From Octopus bimaculoides (Eukaryota), in NCBI RefSeq assembly GCF_001194135.2, contig NC_068997.1, positions 19,116,035-19,150,034 of the forward strand: a DNA stretch of 34,000 nucleotides, given 5' to 3'. Numbering within the stretch: the first letter of the stretch is position 1; the number at the start of each line of letters is the position of its first letter. This document shows, piece by piece, positions 1-11,438 of this stretch. Position numbers and translations under genes: made by a program. The notes under the pieces were generated by a model. The model saw nothing but the letters and a program-made list of their open reading frames with translations. It had not been told where the DNA came from and did no database searches.

Positions 1-190
1 TAATCAGCCAAAGGAGTAAAATGTAAACAACTGAATACTTGTCAGTGATTGGTTGAAATTATCGAAATAAGACAATTTTTTACATGAAATAAATTCGAAT
101 ACAAAAATATTTTTCTGTTCTATAACACAAAATAGATAAGTATACGAAGTTTGAAAGTCTTTCGGTACCAAAAACACTACGTAAAACATT
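1..190 (-). repeat. Dispersed repeat fragment, class undetermined (homologous to 16965-17135)
   Basis: Reverse complement shares ordered blocks with 16965-17135: ACTTT.AAACTTCG.ATACT, ATAGAACAG, TTTTGTATT, TTGTC.TATTT...TAATTTCAACCAATCA, TATTCAG. Confidence 0.6.
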
Positions 191-1249
191 AATGAAAAAT
201 GTGGCCCCCGTTTTTAAAAAGATCCCATTAAATTAGTGGGCAAAAAACCTACTAAAGTGGCGACCTCGTGATCTTGTATTCATAAAGCAGTCTTCCTCGC
301 TACCAGGTCAAAAGCTTCTTTGTTAGCAGGGGAATTGGTAAACATCCATTTTCCTCGAATTAGTACGGAAACAGCATTCCTTTTCTTTACATTGTAAAAT
401 TAAACATGGAGAAAGACTATTCGAAATTATTAGCAGATGTTTATGTATATCACACGCAGATTCAACAAATTTCGGAAAAGAAACTATTAATTATAAGGAA
501 TTTCTGTCATTAAAGAAATAGAAACTGTATAGGTGCGGCAATCACTCAGAATCAATCGTCATTGTCAGAAGTCGCCATCGTCGCCGTCGTTGTCGCCGTC
601 ATCATGCCGTCACCGTCATGGTTACCGTCGTCTCCGTTTTTGTCGGTGTCGTCGTTATGTTCTTAACACTGTTAGAGCAGCAAGGTGATAAAATCTTTAG
701 AGAGTCGAAGCAAATGCCTTACGACATTTCTTCTGACTTTTTTTTTTTTTAAGGGCAACTAAACCTACCAAAAGTGCATAAGGTTGTTCATAAACTAGAA
801 TACATAATTAGAAATGTCCCTCATTGGTTACTCTTGTGGCAGATATAGAAACGGTTAACATTTAGAACTATTACAACAAAATAAAAACTTCGCTTGTAGC
901 TGATTTATATTGCATAAACATTAAAATATTAAGGGAGACAACTCATAGTAGAGTTATCTCCCTTAGACATTTCTTTATTATCTCCCGTGTTTAAATTTTA
1001 TTGCTGGTGAGTGATGTTGACAGATAAGTTTTTAGTCATTAAGCCACTATTTTACCTTTTATGTTTTTACCATTCATCCGTCATTATACTTGAATTATTT
1101 TGCCTTGTTTTAAACGATTCGGTTATTAAGCTAACAAACAGAAACAGAGTTTGGTCAGGAAATATTGCTTCAACACGTTCTGACATCAAAGAATATGAAC
1201 ATAGAAATGTAAAGAGCTGGAACAAACACCACAAGGCATTTTGACCTTC

Positions 1250-1563
1250 TTTCTTTCTTTTCTTTCTCTTACTTGTTTCAGTCATTTGACTGCGGCCATG
1301 CTGGAGCACCGCCTTTAGTCGAATCAAATCGACCCCAGGACTTATTCTTTGTAAGCCTAGTACTTATTCTATCGTTCTCTTTTGTCGAACCGCTAAGTTA
1401 CGGGGACCTAAACACACAACATATACACACACATACATATATTTATATATATATACATATATATGACAGGCTTCTTTCAGTTTCCGTCTACCAAATCCAC
1501 TCACAAGGCTTTGGTCGGCCCGAGGCTATAGTAGAAAACACTTGGCCAAGGTGCCACGCAGTG
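1250..1563 (-). mobile_element. SINE family A, 5'-truncated copy
   Basis: Matches the window-wide family A body (CTTGTTTCAGTCATTTGACTGCGGCCATGCTGGAGCACCGCC...CCGTCTACCAAATCCACTCACAAGGC) with internal (CA)/(TA) microsatellite; tRNA head missing. Confidence 0.9.
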
Positions 1564-1607
1564 ACACAAGCAAATATGTTCTTCCTTCTGTTTTTTTCTT
1601 TTTTTTA

Positions 1608-1950
1608 GAAGCAGGTATGATTTGAGAATATTTAGCTGCTATTTCAAGCAGGGCAAGGCTCCATTATTGTTGCCTCTCCCCAACACCAACCCCAACCCAA
1701 GAAAGCTATTATTGATGTTTAGTCCCATGTCAGGCCCCAACTGAGCATATTTGTAACTAAAAGGATTCCTGTTGTGACCATCTCATCTTATTACAAGACG
1801 TTTTCAATCTAGAACTACACTATCTGTTATGCTTGTGTATGTGTATTTTTTCTTTGGGGGGGGGGGTTCAAAAACAGCAGAATGGAAATTAAAGGATGAT
1901 TGGAACTGCTATTTTTAGCCGGTTGACTATCCACATAGAAGCTCCCTTGA
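1608..1950 (-). mobile_element. SINE-like family F, degenerate partial copies
   Basis: GATTTGAG...TTAGCTGCTATTTC and TTTAGTCCCA.GTCAG...GTGACCATC blocks shared with 4265-4465, 7054-7600, 11680-12070 and 17265-17745. Confidence 0.6.
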
Positions 1951-2239
1951 GAGTAAAAACATGAGCTACAAAGGAACGAGGGGCTTTACTGATATCTGAT
2001 ACGGGTTCGGTACATTACAGTATTTGTTTCAATTTCTGCCACAGTTCATTTATTTTGGGCTCTCAAATTTCCAAGGGCTAATGATATCGGGTTCAAGCCG
2101 CTTCAGTAGTGGCACACAATGAAGTCTTTTTGTCTCTTACTGTTGTTTTCTAAATGAGCTGGTTTGGTACCTGATGAAAGTTTGCTGAGAAAGATATCAC
2201 CCCAGAAGGACCCCTTTGTTGAATCAAACAACTCATCTT

Positions 2240-2683
2240 TTATATTTTACTTGTTTTCAGTCATTGGATTGCAGCCATGCCGGAGCACCTCATTGAAGGG
2301 TCAGTCAAACAAACTGATCCCAGTATTTATTTTTGAGCATGGTAACTTGTTTCTTTTTGCCAAACCGCTAAGCTCAACTCTGATTGACAAGCAATGGTGG
2401 GGTGACAAGCACAAACATAATGACACACACATTGTTATATATTGGATCATCCCATAAATAACGCAGTTTTTTCAATTGAACTAAAAATCAGAGGTGGACA
2501 GAATAAACTAACATATATACGACGGGCTTCTTTCAGTTTCCGTCTACCAAATCCACTCACAAGGCTTTGGTCAGCCCGAGGCTATAGTAGAAGACACTTG
2601 CTCAGGGTGCCATGCAGTGGGACTGAACCCGGAGCCATGTGACTGGTAAGCAAGCTACTTACCACACAGTCACTCCTATGCCT
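2240..2683 (-). mobile_element. SINE family A, near full length, tRNA-derived head, interrupted by a mariner end
   Basis: 5' end reads AGGCATAGGAGTGACTGTGTGGTAAG...GGGTTCAGTCCC (Pol III A- and B-box-like); body matches other family A copies. tRNA-derived octopus SINEs (OK/OR1/OR2) are known, but which one this is was not determined. Confidence 0.9.
2442..2505 (+). mobile_element. Mariner-type terminal fragment inside the TA-rich middle of SINE A
   Basis: TA at 2440-2441 followed by TTGGATCATCCCATAAATAACGCAGTTTTTTC, resembling mariner TIRs; partner end not seen. Confidence 0.5.
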
Positions 2684-2722
2684 ATTTTATGGTTTACTAT
2701 TTATATTTTGAATTACATATAT

Positions 2723-2931
2723 ATGGGGGCACCAAAATCTTATTAAGTGCTTAGGGCCTCTATGGGTCTCAGTTAGGGGTGGATTGAGCCATTGGTTAAT
2801 CGAGCACTACCTGAGGGCCTGGAGCTCTGCATTTTAACTCTCTATGATATCAATGTTAAGGGGCCCAGTAAACAGTTATGCCCAAGGGCCCTTAATACTC
2901 TCAGTGTGTCCCTGGTCTTAATCCAGCTCTG
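2723..2931. mobile_element. MITE end (GGGGCACCAAAATC...GGTCTTAATCCAGCTCTG) interrupted by a second MITE
   Basis: Removing 2774-2914 and one target copy restores a contiguous TAGGGCCTCTATGGGTCTTAATCCAGCTCTG terminus. Confidence 0.5.
2774..2914. mobile_element. hAT-type MITE, 141 bp
   Basis: Degenerate TIRs (TAGGGGTGGATTGAG / CTCAGTGTGTCCCTG); 8-bp flanking repeats GTCTCAGT (2766-2773) and GTCTTAAT (2915-2922), 6/8 identical. Confidence 0.5.
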
Positions 2932-3184
2932 CCTATACATTTCAATGTAGCCAGTCAGATCTTTGGTTACTGCTCCACCACCACCACCACCATTTCTTTA
3001 TCAAACCTAAGAAGTACAAAATTTGAAGAAAAAAAGTACATTAGACACTACTTTAAAAATGCTAATCTACATCCACCTTCCGTCCCTCTCCATGCACCAC
3101 CACCACCACTACCACAACCCTCACCCATACCACTCCAGTTGTTTCTTTTTACACAACCTCACTTTCTGTCGGAAGACAGATATG

Positions 3185-3450
3185 AAGTCCTCTCTTTCTC
3201 TCTCTTTCTCTGTTCTCCTTCCCTCTCTCGCTCTCTCTCTCTCCTCATTATCAGTCTTTCCGTCACTCTCTTTCTTTCTCTCTCTCTCACACTCTTTCTC
3301 TTATTCTCTTTCCTACTCTCTCTCTCCCTCTTTCTCCTTCTCTCTCCTCATGATCAGTCTTTCCTTCACTCTCTCACACTCTTTCTCTTATTCTCTTTCC
3401 TACTCTCCCTCTCTTTCATTCTCTCTCTGTATCACAAGCTCTCCCTTTCT
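3185..3450. repeat. (CT)-rich low-complexity tract with internal duplication
   Basis: TCAGTCTTTCC.TCACTCTC...CACACTCTTTCTCTTATTCTCTTTCCTACTCTC occurs twice; source of the S/L/F-rich ORFs 3023-3912. Confidence 0.85.
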
Positions 3451-3627
3451 CTTTGTGTCACGATGCCCACCCATTTTTTTTTTATCTATCTCGTTATCTC
3501 TCACTTTCTTTTGTCCTTTCTTTTATTCGCACGAATACGCACACACACAAACACATATGCAAACAAACGATCAAAAGTAAAAAAGAAAAGAAAAACAATC
3601 TATCGGGGGCGGCGGGGGGGGGGGGGG

Positions 3628-3785
3628 NNNNNNNNNNNNNNNNNNNNNNNNNNNNNNNNNNNNNNNNNNNNNNNNNNNNNNNNNNNNNNNNNNNNNNNNN
3701 NNNNNNNNNNNNNNNNNNNNNNNNNNNNNNNNNNNNNNNNNNNNNNNNNNNNNNNNNNNNNNNNNNNNNNNNNNNNNNNNNNNNN
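3628..3785. other. Assembly gap
   Basis: N run flanked by poly-G and (TA)n. Confidence 1.
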
Positions 3786-3861
3786 AATATATATATATAT
3801 ATATTCCACATACGTACGCTTCTCGCACACGCGCTGTCTTGCATACTTACACGCACGCACG

Positions 3862-3898
<37 letters not shown>

Positions 3899-3914
3899 AC
3901 AAACCACGCTAATA

Positions 3915-4035
3915 CAAGTAATGCATCCGATGAAAATCACAATTACACATAAACACACACACACATACACAAATCATACACTAATATGAGTAATGCATCC
4001 AATGAAAATCACAATTACACACACACACACACACA
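3915..4035. repeat. Tandem duplication (~70-bp unit) with (CA)n
   Basis: GTAATGCATCC(G/A)ATGAAAATCACAATTACAC occurs twice. Confidence 0.85.
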
Positions 4036-4264
4036 CGCATGCACACATATACACGCAACTAATTGTCTGCATACGCAATTACTTTGAACAACGAGAGGCC
4101 CTCTACGTCAACCATGGGTATAAAGTGCGGTCCGCGGTATTTTTTAAATGGCTCACCCAACGAAATATTACGTTCAACGTTCTTTTGGTAATGTGATCTG
4201 CCTGATGATTGATCAAGTTTCATACGGCCCACTTCTCAAAAAAAGAAAAGGTTGCCTGTGCCTA

Positions 4265-4465
4265 TTCTACGTAGTCGGTCGACCTGCTAGAAATGGTAGC
4301 CAAATCACCCTCAAATTACACACTACAGTCTTTAAAAAAAATTGATATATATACACTAAAATTTCATTATGTTTGAAATTAAGACGTAATGGTCGTGGCT
4401 AGAATGTTTTTGATCATAGTTCTGCTTGTTCGTGGTCAAACTCATATTAGGTGTATTGATGTACT
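4265..4465 (+). mobile_element. SINE-like family F copy
   Basis: CGACCTGCTAGAAATGGTAGCCAAATCACCCTCAAATTACAC followed by GACGTAATGGTCGTGGCTAGAATGTTTTTGATCATAG. Confidence 0.7.
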
Positions 4466-5299
4466 TTTGCACGCTAATCATTGACATGAAATTCATGTTC
4501 GCCATAAATCAATAAGACACATTCATTCCTGTTTCGATAGTAACAAGACATATTCATGCCTGTTTCTATAGTAATGTAGAAAACGACCGTGCGAACCAAA
4601 AGAGAATGGTGACGAATGGAACAGGCTCCTTTTAACGCATCGCACGGTCGACACAAAATATTCTTTAACTCTTTAGTTCACTTATGCGATTAAATTAAAA
4701 ATTAAAGTTTTGAAATGTTTCTTTTTTTTTTTTTTGTTAATCGCATGGCTTTGGAAGAACTCTCTGGAGTCATTGCCTTATTTGGCCAATCTCCCATGTT
4801 TTTTTAACTGTCTGCTCAATCTCCTGTGATGTGTTGCTGGCCGCTGACATCTGAAGAATTCCAAAACAAACCCTGACGTCATAACTCTTTGACACTGGAC
4901 GATCTCGCAGAGTTTCATCTTTTTCATGTCACATCTATATCAGTGGTTGTAAGTTCCATACACAATGACACTGTTACTTAAACATGAAATTAATGAATGT
5001 ATAGAATACAATTATGTATATCATAGTTAGTGAAATATTTCACGTAATATAAGAGAAATCGGTAAAAAAAAATTGTTTCCTATGTGTCACAGCGCCTTTT
5101 ATTATGTGCTCGCTCCCACTAACCTTAGGATCTGGCTACGCCTCTGGGCATAGGCACTGCTTCTGAATCAGCAAGTAAAAAAAAAATCTAAACAACAGCT
5201 AAGTAATTTTCTTTTCATCCAGATCAACAATCTTATGTCGTCTGCAATTCAAAGAGGCACTTCAAAGGTTACCTTCGAAAGGGTCAGTCATTTCTTCAA

Positions 5300-5570
5300 T
5301 ATCTCGGGCCGACCAAGACCCTGTGAGTGGATTTGATAGACGGAAACTGAAAGAAGTCTTTTGTGTGTGTGTGTGACCAGTGCTTGACAACCGGTGTTGG
5401 TGTGTTTATGTCCACATGACTTGGCCATTCGGCAAAAAAAAAGAGACCGATAGAATAAGAACCAGGCTTAAGAAAAGTATTGGAGTCGATGCGTTCGTCT
5501 AAAAACTCTTCAAGACGGTGCTTCAGCATGGCCGCAGTCTAATGGCTTCGTAAAAGAATAAAAGGATAAA
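5300..5570 (+). mobile_element. SINE family A, 5'-truncated
   Basis: GGCCGACCAAG...GTGAGTGGATTTG.TAGACGGAAACTGAAAGAAG...CAGCATGGCCGCAGTC. Confidence 0.85.
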
Positions 5571-5716
5571 CTAAAAGGAAAGGTTACAGTGTCTTAGCCA
5601 GTGTAGGTGGGGAAATACATGGTACGATAGTAGCGTGATGGAGGCCAGGCCAGTGGTTTATACCACTTACATTCCCCAAGGTTTCGTTATGATCCTGCCA
5701 TATTTCGGACGACGGA

Positions 5717-5950
5717 TGTATGTATATATATATGTGTTTGTGTGTCTGTGTTTGTCCCCCCACCATCGCTTGACAACCGATGCTGGCGTGTTTATGTCCC
5801 CGTAACTTAGCGGTTCGGCAAAAGAGACCGATAGAATAAGTACTAGGCTTACAAAGAATAAGTCCTGGGGTCGATTTGCTCTCGACTAAAAGGCGGTGCT
5901 CCAGCATGGCCATAGTCAAATGACTTAAACAAGTAAAAGAGTAAAAGAGC
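5717..5950 (+). mobile_element. SINE family A, 3' half
   Basis: Close match to family 3' module ending AAACAAGTAAAAGAGTAAAAGAG. Confidence 0.9.
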
Positions 5951-6264
5951 ATATATATATAAATGCGGTCAATTAAATCGATCATACTCCGCAAATGTGA
6001 CATGGTGTCTTTGTTTAGAAATCATTGTTGTTTAGTCACATGTTACCCTTGATTAAACAGAGCTCAAATGAAAAACCATCCAGCACCAACACCACCACAA
6101 CCACTTTGTAACAAACGCTATTTTCATTTGCTCTTTCTTTCTCCTGTTTCGAAAATAGTAAATCTTAAGAACTACGTCATCCGACAAGCGACCACCGTAA
6201 ATAATAACTCCTCGTTGACTCGTAACCTACCAAATTCGTAGTAATTGTTGGATATAGGAAAACA

Positions 6265-6532
6265 GAGAGCTGGTAGAATCGTTATCACGCCGAACAAAAC
6301 ATTTGGCAGTTTTTTAGTTAAAGTATCGGGATAATGAATGTTTATTCGGTAATTTCCGCATACTTTAATTAAAAGATTGCCAGATGTTTCTTCCGGCTTC
6401 TTACAGTCTAAGTTCAAATCCCGCCGAAATTGACTTTGCCTTTCATCCTTTCAAAGTCGATAAAATAAGTAGCAGTTAAGCCCTAGAGTCGAAGTAACCG
6501 ACTATCTCCTCCCGTAAAATTTCAGGCCCTGA
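6265..6532 (+). mobile_element. SINE family E (tRNA-like head)
   Basis: GAGCTGGTAGAATCGTTA head, GTTCAAATCCCGCCGA B-box-like, CTTTGCCTTTCATCCTTTC...GATAAAATAAGTA body; internal insertion relative to other copies. Confidence 0.8.
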
Positions 6533-7053
6533 ATATAAATTAAGTAAGAAGAACCGCAGCGTATGTTAAAAAATAAAGTAATTTATGAAAACATACGAAA
6601 TGCCGAAACGAAAATATTGTTTACTATTTTCATCCACAACATAAACTTTCGTTTTAGAAGCACGTGCATTACGATAAGAGTTTAAAACAAAAAACAACAA
6701 CATTCAGGTAACTTAAAAGTGTTTAATTAGAAACACGCATAAAAAAACAATGTTAATTTAAACATGTAAAGGAGTCAGTAGAAATTTCGAAAAGATGCAA
6801 TGAATAAACAATACTTTGTTTTCGTTTGGACAATTCAAGCAAACCATAATATTTTTAATACATTCTCCAGTTTGTTGAAAATAGCGGCGCGATTCTCCAA
6901 ATTTACCTGTTGTTATTGTTACTGCTGCTACCTTTGTTGTTGTTGTTGTTGTTATAGAAGTGGTAGCTATATTTAATAATGATCATCGCGCCTTTTTTTC
7001 CATTTTTTATCAGGGACACTGTGCACTATTGACTATATTACCTTCGTTTTTCT

Positions 7054-7600
7054 TTGTTGTTGTAGTAGAAAAACCGTACGTAGACCAATCTTGATTGAAC
7101 TGGCCTATGACGAAGACATTCCAGTTCTGAACATCCAGTTTTAATTTCAGACAGCTAATGAGTTATAATTAGTTACTGTTGTTTTGGTTCAACCTTAGGT
7201 TAAGTCTGATCCATGGCGTTCCAGCCGTAACTATCCCGTCTTCTATTCATATTCAGTGCAGCTAGGAACCACATTATTCAACTATATTATTCTTTTTTTG
7301 TAAGACAGTTAGGAGAATTTTGCCTGGTGTTTCTAGCAGAGTAAACAACCGCGTAGACGTTTCTTGCTGTTATTTTCTTAGTAGTAGTTATTATCATTAT
7401 TTAGCCCTAGGTTAGATCTGATCAAGCAGATCTATGATCAAGGACAAACCAGCTGAGACCATCCCATCTTTTTCCTATGCGCAGGAATCCGAGACATTAT
7501 TCAACGCGTTTTTTCTTCTGAAGACGGTTGTGGTGTGTGGTTCAAGGGAAATTTGCCTGTTATTTCTAGCAAATCTAGAGACTACATACAAGCTCCAGTC
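7054..7600 (-). mobile_element. Cluster of three partial family F copies
   Basis: Repeated (GTT)n-TTTAGCCC.AGGT.AG.CTGATC...GACCATCCC.TCTT and TTT.GCCTG.TATTTCTAGCA modules. Confidence 0.65.
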
Positions 7601-7744
7601 TCACTTAGTTCGTGAGGTAGCGATTGTTGCGGTTGTAAAAAAAGTCGACAGTTCTCGTTTAGTAGTATTGGCGGTTGTTGTGTTAGTGGTAGCAGTTATG
7701 GTTTCTTGCTAACCCTGATGTTGTCATGGTGTCATGGTTTAGGA

Positions 7745-7914
7745 CAGGCGTGGGTAACCCTTTTTACGAGAAGCGGGCCGCATGAGACACGACTCGTCAT
7801 CAAGCGGGCCGAACCACTAAAAGAAAAGAAAAAAATATGCATATGTCAATTTGCCTCGTGAAAATTAGACGTACCATTTAGAAAGTCCCGCGGGCCACAG
7901 TTTGCCTATGGCCG
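7745..7914. mobile_element. hAT MITE of Buster/Charlie type, 170 bp
   Basis: TIRs CAGGCGTGGGTAACC / GTTTGCCTATGGCCG, subterminal GCGGGCC motifs, 8-bp TSD GTTTAGGA (7737-7744) vs ATTTAGGA (7915-7922) with central TA, the Buster-type target consensus. Confidence 0.8.
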
Positions 7915-7959
7915 ATTTAGGAAATAATCGCTCCATCTCTTGTTATTTGTCGTTATAAT

Positions 7960-8135
7960 TCTGAGTTTTACTACAACTACTATTACTACTGAACATAACA
8001 CTGCCGTTGCCACTTGCTGCTGCTGCTGTCCCAGCTGAATGAGTGCTGGTGTTGTTATTGCTGTTGGTGTTGTATCGCCACCGGCCCCCATCGCTGCTGC
8101 TGCTGCTGTTGTTGTTATCAACAGCCAGCAGCAAG
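7960..8135. repeat. Mixed trinucleotide low-complexity tract (GCT/GTT/ACT)
   Basis: Direct reading; produces poly-Q/N/S/A/L ORFs in several frames. Confidence 0.8.
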
Positions 8136-8398
8136 GTGTGTCCTATTATTCCCGAGGCGCTAACATTGACGATTGACAACAGTTGGCAAGAAAGAAAGAC
8201 TAATATTTCTTTTTGTCACTCTTCTTTCTTTCATTTTCTTATGTAAAGAGAGAGAGAGAAAGAAAGACAAGACGAAACGTGACCCGGTGGCACGATGTTT
8301 TACTTTTTTCCATTTAGTTCCGGGTACTCAAGCTTGAGGGCCAATTTCTAAACCGCCCTTTCCTACCATACAGTCATACATACCATATCATATCATAT

Positions 8399-8432
<34 letters not shown>

Positions 8433-9151
8433 ATATATGCGCACAGACAGAAAACATAATACGTACACACATACTCTGTTTCCACCCGTCCCATTGTTAT
8501 TACAGTCATTTACGCTTAGCTATCGAACATAAACAGTCATCCACTAACATCTCCGAACTCCGGACACTCTCATATTGAATGAAACTTGTTATACGGGGAT
8601 ATATATATATATATATAATATATACTTGTATCAAAACAACAACAAAACTTTTGATGGTAAGTGACTTACGAATTTATTTGATCATTTCCTCGATATTCTA
8701 TTGAAATGTTACGACAGAATACTTATATCCTGCCCGTAAGTCTTGGATCAGAAAAAGTATAAAGGCATCTAGCTCCAATTTTAAAGTAGCAGATTGTTAA
8801 CATGCAAAGTTCAAATATTCTTGCTTCAGTTACTATTAAATCAGTCAAGGTAAAATTTAACCATTGTGCAAATAGCATCCAGTTCACTTGTTAGACTTTA
8901 AATAAACTTTAAACCATAGATCACCTTAGGATTGTTAATTAAGCTGTTATTATTACCCTTCCCGTTTATGTAAAACAGTTCTGTACCTGCAAGGATTTGA
9001 AACAGAAACTGACGGTATGGCCAAACAACAAAACTGTTGATCGGGTGTTCGATGTAATGAAATGGTTGTTTCTTCTCTCACCTTTCCGGTTTTGAAGTTG
9101 TTTTTAATTTTTGTTTGTAAACTGTGTGTTTAGAACAAAGTACATCGCCAC

Positions 9152-9185
<34 letters not shown>

Positions 9186-10234
9186 GTAATAATAATAATA
9201 ATAATAATGAAAGCAGCAGCGATATTAAATTTAGATTTAAAACAAATGTAGTTATTATCGAATGTTCGATATTAAATAGTCGTTTTTATTTCCCTTCGTC
9301 TATCTCTATTTTTAGGTGGTTGTTATATTTATGAAAGAATGTGAGTTTGAGGCACCGTTCTCCATTTTATTATTATTATTTATATGTTATTATTTTTTCT
9401 TTTCCTTTGAGACGAAGTCCGTTTAAGGAAATGTCAAGTTTTAAAAATAACATAAAATAAATTAGAAGGCTGTCGAGTAAAAGATAGGGCATATAGAGGA
9501 AAGAGGGAGTGACCGATCGAAAAGAAAATTATATAGGCAGAAAAGAAAAGGGAAACAAGAGGAAAAGAGATAAATAATTGGAGGGAAAGAGAGAAAGAAT
9601 GAAAAGTAGAAAGATACGAAGAGAAAATGAAACCAAAAACAAAAACAAGACAGATATGCGAAGTAAAGTGAGAAACAAATATGAACGAGAAATATAAGGA
9701 AGTTGTGCAAACTCTCTTGATATTTTTATTAGAAAAGCTCACTTTCGTTGTTTTAAACCCTTTTGTTAGTATTATTGTTAGGGATTTATATGCCGTAATA
9801 TATTGAACCCCGAATTATTCGTCTATGATTATATAATTGTTATTGTTTTATGGCACACAGGAAGTATTTCTTTTCTTCTATTTAAATGCTGTTTACATCG
9901 ACGATGCCTTTTAGTCCCAGCTGGGTCTGATAAATAGATGCCAGTTTAGTACCATCCCCCCTATAAATTTGTGGCTTTGTGCCAAAGATGGTAAGAGATT
10001 ATATTCTAACTCTGGAAGTTTTACTGAATTTAGTTGTATGTTAAATCCCGCTGGAATCAGTTTGGTTTTTCATACCCTCCTGGGATCCATAATATAGATA
10101 TCGGTTATAACATAGTTACATATTAGATTTAGCTGGCAATATCTCCTCTTACGAAACTTGGCAGAGTTTTTGAATAACTGTCACTCGAAATCCCATACCT
10201 CACAGAAAAGGGAAAAATAGTTCACTGTAGTATC

Positions 10235-10633
10235 TTTTTATTATTTACTTGTGTCGGTCGTTGGACTGCGGCTATGCTGGGGCACCGGCTCGAAAGGTTT
10301 CATCGAACAATTCAAGCCTAGTACTTTTTTTTTTTTAAGCCTTGTATTTATTCTATCAGTGTCTTTTGGCGCATCGCTATGTTACGGGGAGGTAAACAAA
10401 CCAACACCGGTTGTCGAGCGATGGTGGGCGGCAAATGCATGCTCGCGCATGCACACACATACGCACAAACACACGGGCTTCTTTCGGTTTCCGTCTACGA
10501 AATCCACTCACTAGGCATTTGTTGGATCAGGGCTGTAATAGAAGACACTTGTCCAAAATACTGCGCGTTGGAACTGAACGCAAAACCACATTGGTCGGGA
10601 AGCAAGCTTCTCGATCACACAGCCACGCTTGTA
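10235..10633 (-). mobile_element. SINE family A, near full length, diverged
   Basis: Colinear with 2240-2683 and 20990-21465, from tail to GATCACACAGCCAC head. Confidence 0.85.
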
Positions 10634-10894
10634 TTGGAGTTATTGATGGGCCGTATGTTACGTTCATAATGACCACACTAATACGTAAGAGACGTGGGTA
10701 GGGGCTAAAACGCTAAAACGCTAAAAACTACACGATCAGTGATTTTTAAAAAAGATATACTCTTCTCTCGATCGTCAACACAAATCAAGGAAATGAAAGA
10801 GTCTCTGTAATCGTTCGACAATTAGACATAGCAGCTAAATCTTCCTCAAACAACATCCTACCGCCCATAAAAAAAAGGGAAAAGTTAAACTGGA

Positions 10895-11131
10895 ATAGGT
10901 GTGTAATAAGAAGCTTGCTTCGCAACCACATAGCTCCGGGTTCCGTTCCACTGCATGGCACCTTGGGTAAGTGTCTTGCCTTGTGAGTGAATTTGGTAGA
11001 CGGAAACTGGAAGAAGCCCATCGTATACATACGTATACGTCTGTTTGTCCCCCACCGCCACCGTCGCTTGACAAGCGATGCTGGTGTGTTTATATCCCCG
11101 TAACTTAGCGCTTCAGTAAAAGGGCTCGATA
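10895..11131 (+). mobile_element. SINE family A, runs into gap
   Basis: AAGAAGCTTGCTTCGCAACCACATAGCTCCGGGTTCCGTTCC head, then family body up to the N run. Confidence 0.85.
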
Positions 11132-11438
11132 NNNNNNNNNNNNNNNNNNNNNNNNNNNNNNNNNNNNNNNNNNNNNNNNNNNNNNNNNNNNNNNNNNNNN
11201 NNNNNNNNNNNNNNNNNNNNNNNNNNNNNNNNNNNNNNNNNNNNNNNNNNNNNNNNNNNNNNNNNNNNNNNNNNNNNNNNNNNNNNNNNNNNNNNNNNNN
11301 NNNNNNNNNNNNNNNNNNNNNNNNNNNNNNNNNNNNNNNNNNNNNNNNNNNNNNNNNNNNNNNNNNNNNNNNNNNNNNNNNNNNNNNNNNNNNNNNNNNN
11401 NNNNNNNNNNNNNNNNNNNNNNNNNNNNNNNNNNNNNN
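11132..11438. other. Assembly gap
   Basis: N run between two convergent SINE A copies. Confidence 1.

Noticed and set aside
2166-2201. Second hammerhead-like string CTGATGA...GAAAGATATC on plus strand
   Set aside because: Stem II does not close next to GAAA and stem I pairs poorly; at best a decayed relic.
3023-3989. Long ORFs of 100-257 aa
   Set aside because: Built from (CT)n, (CA)n, poly-G and an N gap; open in several frames on both strands.
4874-4881. TGACGTCA (CRE) palindrome near a CCAAT
   Set aside because: A single 8-mer in 34 kb without TSS evidence is near chance expectation.
7906-8246. Poly-Q/N/S/A ORFs resembling regulatory-protein N-termini
   Set aside because: Trinucleotide tract open in multiple frames, non-ATG starts, and one frame ends inside a MITE.
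8657-8669. GTAAGT-G-ACTTAC: splice donor on both strands
   Set aside because: No supportable exon on either side; 6-bp palindromes are common.
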